Positions 59,212 through 64,000 of a DNA stretch of 64,000 bases are shown here, piece by piece. A model generated the notes under the pieces. It was not told the DNA's origin and made no database searches. It was given only the letters and a program-made list of their open reading frames with translations. A program made the translations under genes and the position numbers. Each line of letters starts with the position of its first letter. The stretch's first letter is position 1. Source of the DNA: a virus; IMG/VR virus record IMGVR_UViG_3300028654_000015, positions 1 to 64,000 of that record. One strand, given 5' to 3'.

Positions 59212-59365
59212 CCTTGACGAGGAATTGATAAAATATTTGCTTCCAGATATGGAAATAAGAGAATATGCTATAAAACTAGCAAAAGAAGTTCTAGAAGAAA
59301 TACGACTAGATTCTATAAGAATAGAATCAAAGAAAGCATGGCAACAACATGAAAATGGAGATTGA
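59201..59365 (+). CDS. 54-aa mini-protein A ending WQQHENGD (not in ORF track)
   Basis: Own translation MLNDLDEELIKYLLPDMEIREYAIKLAKEVLEEIRLDSIRIESKKAWQQHENGD; fills the gap. Confidence 0.65.
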   Translation: MLNDLDEELIKYLLPDMEIREYAIKLAKEVLEEIRLDSIRIESKKAWQQHENGD

Positions 59366-59570
59366 ATCATATCAAGAACTACAAGCAATTCATGGATTAG
59401 ATGCACAAAATGAATTGGTGAAAATTCTTTCGGATGAAATTCTTGCAGAAATTAATAGAGAAGTAATTAGAACAATATATAATGAAGAAAGACATGAATA
59501 CTATTATGAATTTCAAAAACAAAAACGTAATGATATAATAATATGGTGTGATCATGAGAATGGAGAATGA
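59349..59570 (+). CDS. mini-protein B containing a gp23 spine-helix copy, ending WCDHENGE
   Basis: 28/37 aa identical to residues 206-242 of this genome's gp23. Confidence 0.8.
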   Translation: MKMEIESYQELQAIHGLDAQNELVKILSDEILAEINREVIRTIYNEERHEYYYEFQKQKRNDIIIWCDHENGE

Positions 59571-59758
59571 GAATCCATAAAATTATAGACTATATAATGA
59601 GAAGGGCAAATGAAGCATCTTGTTTGGGACAAGAATTTAATAAAGATTTATTATTAGATATAGAATTGAGTAGATTTGATGAATATGCAAATGAATTATT
59701 AAATATATTATATGAAGAAATATCATACAATTGGTATACAAATCATATTGGAGAATAA
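59567..59758 (+). CDS. mini-protein C ending WYTNHIGE
   Basis: ANELLNILYEEI weakly echoes AELANILSAEI; shared C-terminal motif. Confidence 0.65.
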   Translation: MRIHKIIDYIMRRANEASCLGQEFNKDLLLDIELSRFDEYANELLNILYEEISYNWYTNHIGE

Positions 59759-59760
59759 TA

Positions 59761-60198
59761 ATGGCTACCTTAGAAGAACTAGAAAATGAATGGTCTAAAG
59801 ATTGTAAGATAGATAGAACAAATCTAGATGGCGAATCTTTAAAAATACCGGAACTTCACAATAAGTACTACAAACTCTATATAAGAGAACGTGTACAATT
59901 CAAACAAGATGAATTCACTTTAGATGAATTCCTAAAAACAAAAACTCAGTATTACCAAGGTAAACTAGATAAACAAACTCTAGATGAAAATAAGTGGGAA
60001 CCATTTGATTTGATACTAATAAAACAAGATTTAGATCTATATCTAGATGCAGATAAAGATATAATCAAAAGAAAATTGAAAATGCATCTTCAAAAAGAAA
60101 AAGTAGAATTTCTTGAGAGTATAATCAAAACAATCAATAATAGATCCTTTATTATTCGTGATGCTCTCGAATTTATTAAGTTTTCTAGTGGCAAATAA
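59761..60198 (+). CDS. uvsY: recombination mediator UvsY
   Basis: W.KD.KID...LD.ESLKIP.LHNKY, YLDAD, I..R.F.I; upstream of uvsW. Confidence 0.9.
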   Translation: MATLEELENEWSKDCKIDRTNLDGESLKIPELHNKYYKLYIRERVQFKQDEFTLDEFLKTKTQYYQGKLDKQTLDENKWEPFDLILIKQDLDLYLDADKDIIKRKLKMHLQKEKVEFLESIIKTINNRSFIIRDALEFIKFSSGK

Positions 60199-60242
60199 CA
60201 TCATTTCCAATCTTCTAAATATTGTTGTAGATATATTACAAC

Positions 60243-61742
60243 ATGAAAGAAGAATTGACAGAAGAAATAATTTGGATTCGTAAAAAGAACGAAGTTTATC
60301 TACAGGTAGATGCATCTCCTGGTATTCTTAGAGAGATGCAAGATCATTTCAAATTTAGAGTACCTGGATATCAATTTCATCCAGCATATAAACGTAGACA
60401 ATGGGATGGGTTTCTACGTATCTTTAATACATATGATGGTACTTTATTTCTTGGTTTGATAAATCGACTAGAAGAGTTTTGTAAAACTAGAAATTATAAA
60501 GTAATAATTGAAAAAGAAGTTACAGATAGAGTACTAGCATTTACTCAAGAAGATGCAAAAAACTATTCTTTAACTTTAAAGTTGCCATTCGAACTAAGAG
60601 AAGATCAATTAAAAATCATACATCATTGTATAGTAAATAATAGAGCATTAATTTTATCACCAACTTCATCTGGTAAATCAGCATTAATATATTCACTTGC
60701 AAGATGGTATCATGAAAAAACATTAATTATAGTACCAACATTAGATCTAATATCTCAGACATATGACATGTTTAAAACTTATTCAAAAGATAATAAATTT
60801 GATGTAGAAAAAAATATGCATACTATTTTCTCTGGTCAAGATAAAGATAGTAAAAAACAAATTTTCTTAAGTACCTGGCAAAGTATTCATAAAATGTCAA
60901 AGAAATGGTTTGACCAATTCAATCTTGTTATATTCGATGAAGCACATACAGCACAAGCAAATTGTATTAAAGATATAATGATAAAATTAGAAAATTGCAA
61001 ATATAGATTTGGTCTTACTGGTACATTAGATGGTAGTAAATGTCATGAAATGGTATTATCTGGTTTATTTGGTGAAATATTCTCTGGTTCTACTTCTAGT
61101 GAATTAATGAAGAAAAAGGTTATATCAGATCTACAAATAAATTGTTTAATACTTGAATATTCAGAAGCAGAAAGAAAACAAGTTAAAGAATTAAAATATC
61201 ATGAAGAAATAAAGTTTTTAACACTACATTCAAAAAGAAATAAGTTTATAAAAAACTTAGCAATAAGTATGAAAAATAATACTCTCGTTCTTTTTCAATA
61301 TATCGAACATGGTAAGACATTATTTGAATTAATAAAAGAAGAATTAAAGAAAACAGACCCAAAAAGAAGAGTTTTCTTCATTGCAGGTGAAATTGAAAAA
61401 GATGTTAGAGAAAAGGTAAGACTTCTAACAGAAAAAGAAAAGAATGCTATTATAGTTGCAAGTGTTGCAATATACAGTACTGGTATTAATATTAGAAATT
61501 TAAAAACTCTTATATTTGCATCTCCTACAAAATCTCGAATTAGAACACTACAATCTATAGGTAGAACGCTAAGAATAGGGGATGAATCATCAGAAGCAAT
61601 TATGTACGATATAGTAGATGATCTTACATATAAATCTCACCAAAATTTTGCAACAACTCATTTCTTAGCAAGAGCAAAAATATATAAAAGTGAGAAATAT
61701 CCATTCAAAATCAAAAAAATAATACTAACAAAAGACAAATAA
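60243..61742 (+). CDS. uvsW: DNA helicase UvsW
   Basis: SPTSSGKS, STWQSI, DEAH, GLTGT, LQSIGR.LR. Confidence 0.95.
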   Translation: MKEELTEEIIWIRKKNEVYLQVDASPGILREMQDHFKFRVPGYQFHPAYKRRQWDGFLRIFNTYDGTLFLGLINRLEEFCKTRNYKVIIEKEVTDRVLAFTQEDAKNYSLTLKLPFELREDQLKIIHHCIVNNRALILSPTSSGKSALIYSLARWYHEKTLIIVPTLDLISQTYDMFKTYSKDNKFDVEKNMHTIFSGQDKDSKKQIFLSTWQSIHKMSKKWFDQFNLVIFDEAHTAQANCIKDIMIKLENCKYRFGLTGTLDGSKCHEMVLSGLFGEIFSGSTSSELMKKKVISDLQINCLILEYSEAERKQVKELKYHEEIKFLTLHSKRNKFIKNLAISMKNNTLVLFQYIEHGKTLFELIKEELKKTDPKRRVFFIAGEIEKDVREKVRLLTEKEKNAIIVASVAIYSTGINIRNLKTLIFASPTKSRIRTLQSIGRTLRIGDESSEAIMYDIVDDLTYKSHQNFATTHFLARAKIYKSEKYPFKIKKIILTKDK

Positions 61743-61763
61743 ATATTAATATAAGGGTACATC

Positions 61764-62174
61764 ATGGCAGATATTAAAGTTATTAAACTATGTTCTGGTG
61801 AAGAAATAATTGGAGTAATAGAATTAAACAGTGAAAATCATGAGGAAACTCTTGTAAGAAATTCCATGAAAATTGTTTATGAATATGACGATAAAAAGAG
61901 GCCACATGTTTTTCTATATGATTGGATACCAGCAGCAGTAGATGAAGTATATCCAATCAAAAATGTATCTATGATGACTGCTCCGTTATCTCCACATGGC
62001 GATTTAGAAGATCTTTATGTTAAAATTTCCATAGAAAGAACTATAGAACATAACGAATTCGATAATACTGAATTAGATTCTATAGAAGATTTAGATGATG
62101 TGAGTAAATCCACAGAGGACCTCATTAAAAAGTTAATGAAAGATGATTTCGAAGATGATGACGATCTACAGTAG
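61764..62174 (+). CDS. conserved T4-like protein (Sm-like N-terminus) downstream of uvsW
   Basis: IKL.SGEEII pattern, acidic tail; AATAAATA at 61738. Confidence 0.65.
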   Translation: MADIKVIKLCSGEEIIGVIELNSENHEETLVRNSMKIVYEYDDKKRPHVFLYDWIPAAVDEVYPIKNVSMMTAPLSPHGDLEDLYVKISIERTIEHNEFDNTELDSIEDLDDVSKSTEDLIKKLMKDDFEDDDDLQ

Positions 62175-62639
62175 AAATTCATCAAATTAATGCATTATAA
62201 AATCAATATGTTATAAACATATATTTCATAATTATTATAGTATCTGAACCTGGTATCATATTCTATATAAAACATACAAACCAAGCCAAATGAGGTAAAT
62301 GACAATTATTTTGATTGGAAGAAACTTTTTTCTAGAATATGCATTCTACTACCTGCCAATTTACTATTTCGAAGGGATAGATAGGATCTGAGAGTCCCTA
62401 ACAAACTCCTAACTGACTGTTATCCAGAACCTAATAGACAGTCTACAACTGTTCCAGAAAACATCCTAACGAAAACAAAAAACGGACTTAGTTCCGATCC
62501 TTAAAGTCAATCCAAACCATCCTCCTTCCTGTTTGTGATCTTGTGCGGTTGAGGGAAAACCATTTATTTTTTATGAATATATAAGAGGTATAATCCATTT
62601 GTTGTTATTATGTATATTTTATACTAGAATGATCGTTCT

Positions 62640-63197
62640 ATGAGTGAAGAAAAAGCGAAAAAAGTCCCCAAAGAAGAGAAACCTCATTACGTGGACAATA
62701 AAGAGTTTCTAAAGCATATGAAATTGCATATAAAAGCAGTTAGACATGCAAAAAAGAATAAACTTCCAATACCACCTATATCAGAGTACATAGGTACATG
62801 TATATTCAAGATAGCCCATAAAATAGCCAATAGACATAATTTTTCTAAGTATCCATTTAGAGAAGAAATGATTTCAGATGGTATAGAAAATACACTTCAA
62901 TATATTAATAATTTTAATCCAAGAAAATCTACAAATCCATATGGCTATGTGACACAAATTATATGGTTTGCTTTTGTAAGACGAATTCAAAAAGAAAAGA
63001 AATATCTTTATACAAAATTTAAGTTATTTGAAAGTAATGCTATAAATCAAATAACAGAAGTTGATATTGGAAAAGCAAATAACAAATATGGCAATGAATA
63101 TTCAGATTCAGTTATGAGAGATTTCGTAGAAAACTTTGAAAAAAGTAAATCCAACAAAGTAAGAACAAAAGAAAAAGATAAAAAGAAATCCAAATAA
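62640..63197 (+). CDS. gp55: late-transcription sigma factor
   Basis: HYVDNKEF, EMISDGIEN.L.Y..NF.P.KS.NP..Y.TQI...AF.RRI.KEKK. Confidence 0.95.
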   Translation: MSEEKAKKVPKEEKPHYVDNKEFLKHMKLHIKAVRHAKKNKLPIPPISEYIGTCIFKIAHKIANRHNFSKYPFREEMISDGIENTLQYINNFNPRKSTNPYGYVTQIIWFAFVRRIQKEKKYLYTKFKLFESNAINQITEVDIGKANNKYGNEYSDSVMRDFVENFEKSKSNKVRTKEKDKKKSK

Positions 63198-63206
63198 TAT
63201 ATACAT

Positions 63207-63234
63207 TTGACTTTATAATGATAACCATTATACT
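63207..63234 (+). promoter_or_regulatory. sigma70-type promoter, probably leaderless
   Basis: TTGACT-N16-TATACT; ATG 6 nt after -10. Confidence 0.5.
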
Positions 63235-63240
63235 ACCTAA

Positions 63241-63951
63241 ATGTCTAGATTTCATTATTATAGTAAAAGACCTTTCCGTATGCTCTCTGATATAGAGAGA
63301 TTTATTGCATATAGAACTTACGATAAGTACCATATAGTTAATACTGGTTTAGAACCATCATATTATGATATCAGTGAAAGACTTCTACACGCTAATTTCT
63401 CTTTATTAAAAGACTTTGTTGAATGCGAACTTGCAGGATTGCAACTTGCATTTGGTAATGATAAGAAAAAAATACCGATATCTTTTAAAATTAGAAGAAA
63501 GATGCCTGCTCTTATTGAGCGATTATTTTTACCAGAATTTAGATCTAGTTCTCTAGGCATTGATTATATCAATGCTCAAATAAAAATGTATAGCAAACCA
63601 ATAAAATATACAAGTAAAGATTGGAGAAATTCACATCTTAGAGTATGGAATGAAGTTTTTCTTCTTTATTTTTGGTGGGATTTTCGTCTAAATCAGAGAA
63701 AAGAACCAGAAGAACTTTCAGGTTTACATAAACTTTCAGAAAAAATAAGGGAAAAGTATGGTAAAGTTTATGAATTCAAAAAAGTGGAAGGTTCTACTAG
63801 TAGTGAAATGATTTTCGTTGGTGATAAAAAAGAAAGAAAACAATATGATCTATTAATTAGAAAATCTTGGAAAATTGAAGGTGAACAAAGAAAAGAAGAC
63901 GAAGATATGTTGGTTCGTTTAGTTAAAATTAGAGAATATCTCTGGACCTAA
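63241..63951 (+). CDS. conserved phage hypothetical protein
   Basis: LL.ANF.LL.DFVE.E ... LY.WW ... ML.RLVKIR..LWT pattern. Confidence 0.7.
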   Translation: MSRFHYYSKRPFRMLSDIERFIAYRTYDKYHIVNTGLEPSYYDISERLLHANFSLLKDFVECELAGLQLAFGNDKKKIPISFKIRRKMPALIERLFLPEFRSSSLGIDYINAQIKMYSKPIKYTSKDWRNSHLRVWNEVFLLYFWWDFRLNQRKEPEELSGLHKLSEKIREKYGKVYEFKKVEGSTSSEMIFVGDKKERKQYDLLIRKSWKIEGEQRKEDEDMLVRLVKIREYLWT

Positions 63952-64000
63952 TATTATGTATGTTTGGGTTTATTTTTAATAAAAATACTATAATGGATCC

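Noticed and set aside
59349-59570. gp24 vertex protein or a second full capsid gene broken by frameshifts
   Set aside because: The flanking genes (SLOG, uvsY) are intact and I saw no further gp23-like sequence in the neighbouring ORFs. Only the helix is clearly present.
1-64000. tRNA, tmRNA or rRNA genes
   Set aside because: No cloverleaf or T-loop pattern was recognised in the few intergenic gaps by eye. tRNAscan-SE/ARAGORN would be needed to exclude them formally.

Overview
An AT-rich 64 kb segment of a large T4-like (Tevenvirinae/Kyanoviridae-style) myovirus genome, almost entirely on the + strand. 1-11.2 kb is an accessory region of small ORFs. It holds an array of 11 divergent paralogs sharing a T-L-K-[DE]-x-L-Y helix and a C-terminal Y-[IV]-x-x-[YFHW]-G-N-x-W motif, plus a phosphoesterase/nucleotidyltransferase/deaminase trio and a GNAT. 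11.3-54.5 kb is the virion module: gp5 (split by one in-frame TGA), gp25, gp6, gp7, gp8, a 2267-aa VrlC-like protein, a fibre cluster, holin, gp13-gp21, gp22 and gp23. A 5-kb accessory fibre cassette sits between gp21 and gp22 (beta-helix adhesin, 21-repeat scaffold, 135-aa subunit, adaptor), and its repeat also occurs at the N-terminus of gp7. 54.6-64 kb holds a Hef-like homing endonuclease, RNA ligase 1, gp3, small ORFs, uvsY, uvsW, a 465-bp non-coding gap and gp55. One small ORF carries a 28/37-identical copy of the gp23 spine helix, within a trio of mini-proteins sharing a W..H..G[DE] C-terminus. T4-type late promoters, leaderless sigma70 promoters and a sigma28-like promoter are visible. 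No tRNA, rRNA or CRISPR array was seen. All family assignments come from motif recognition by eye, not database searches.
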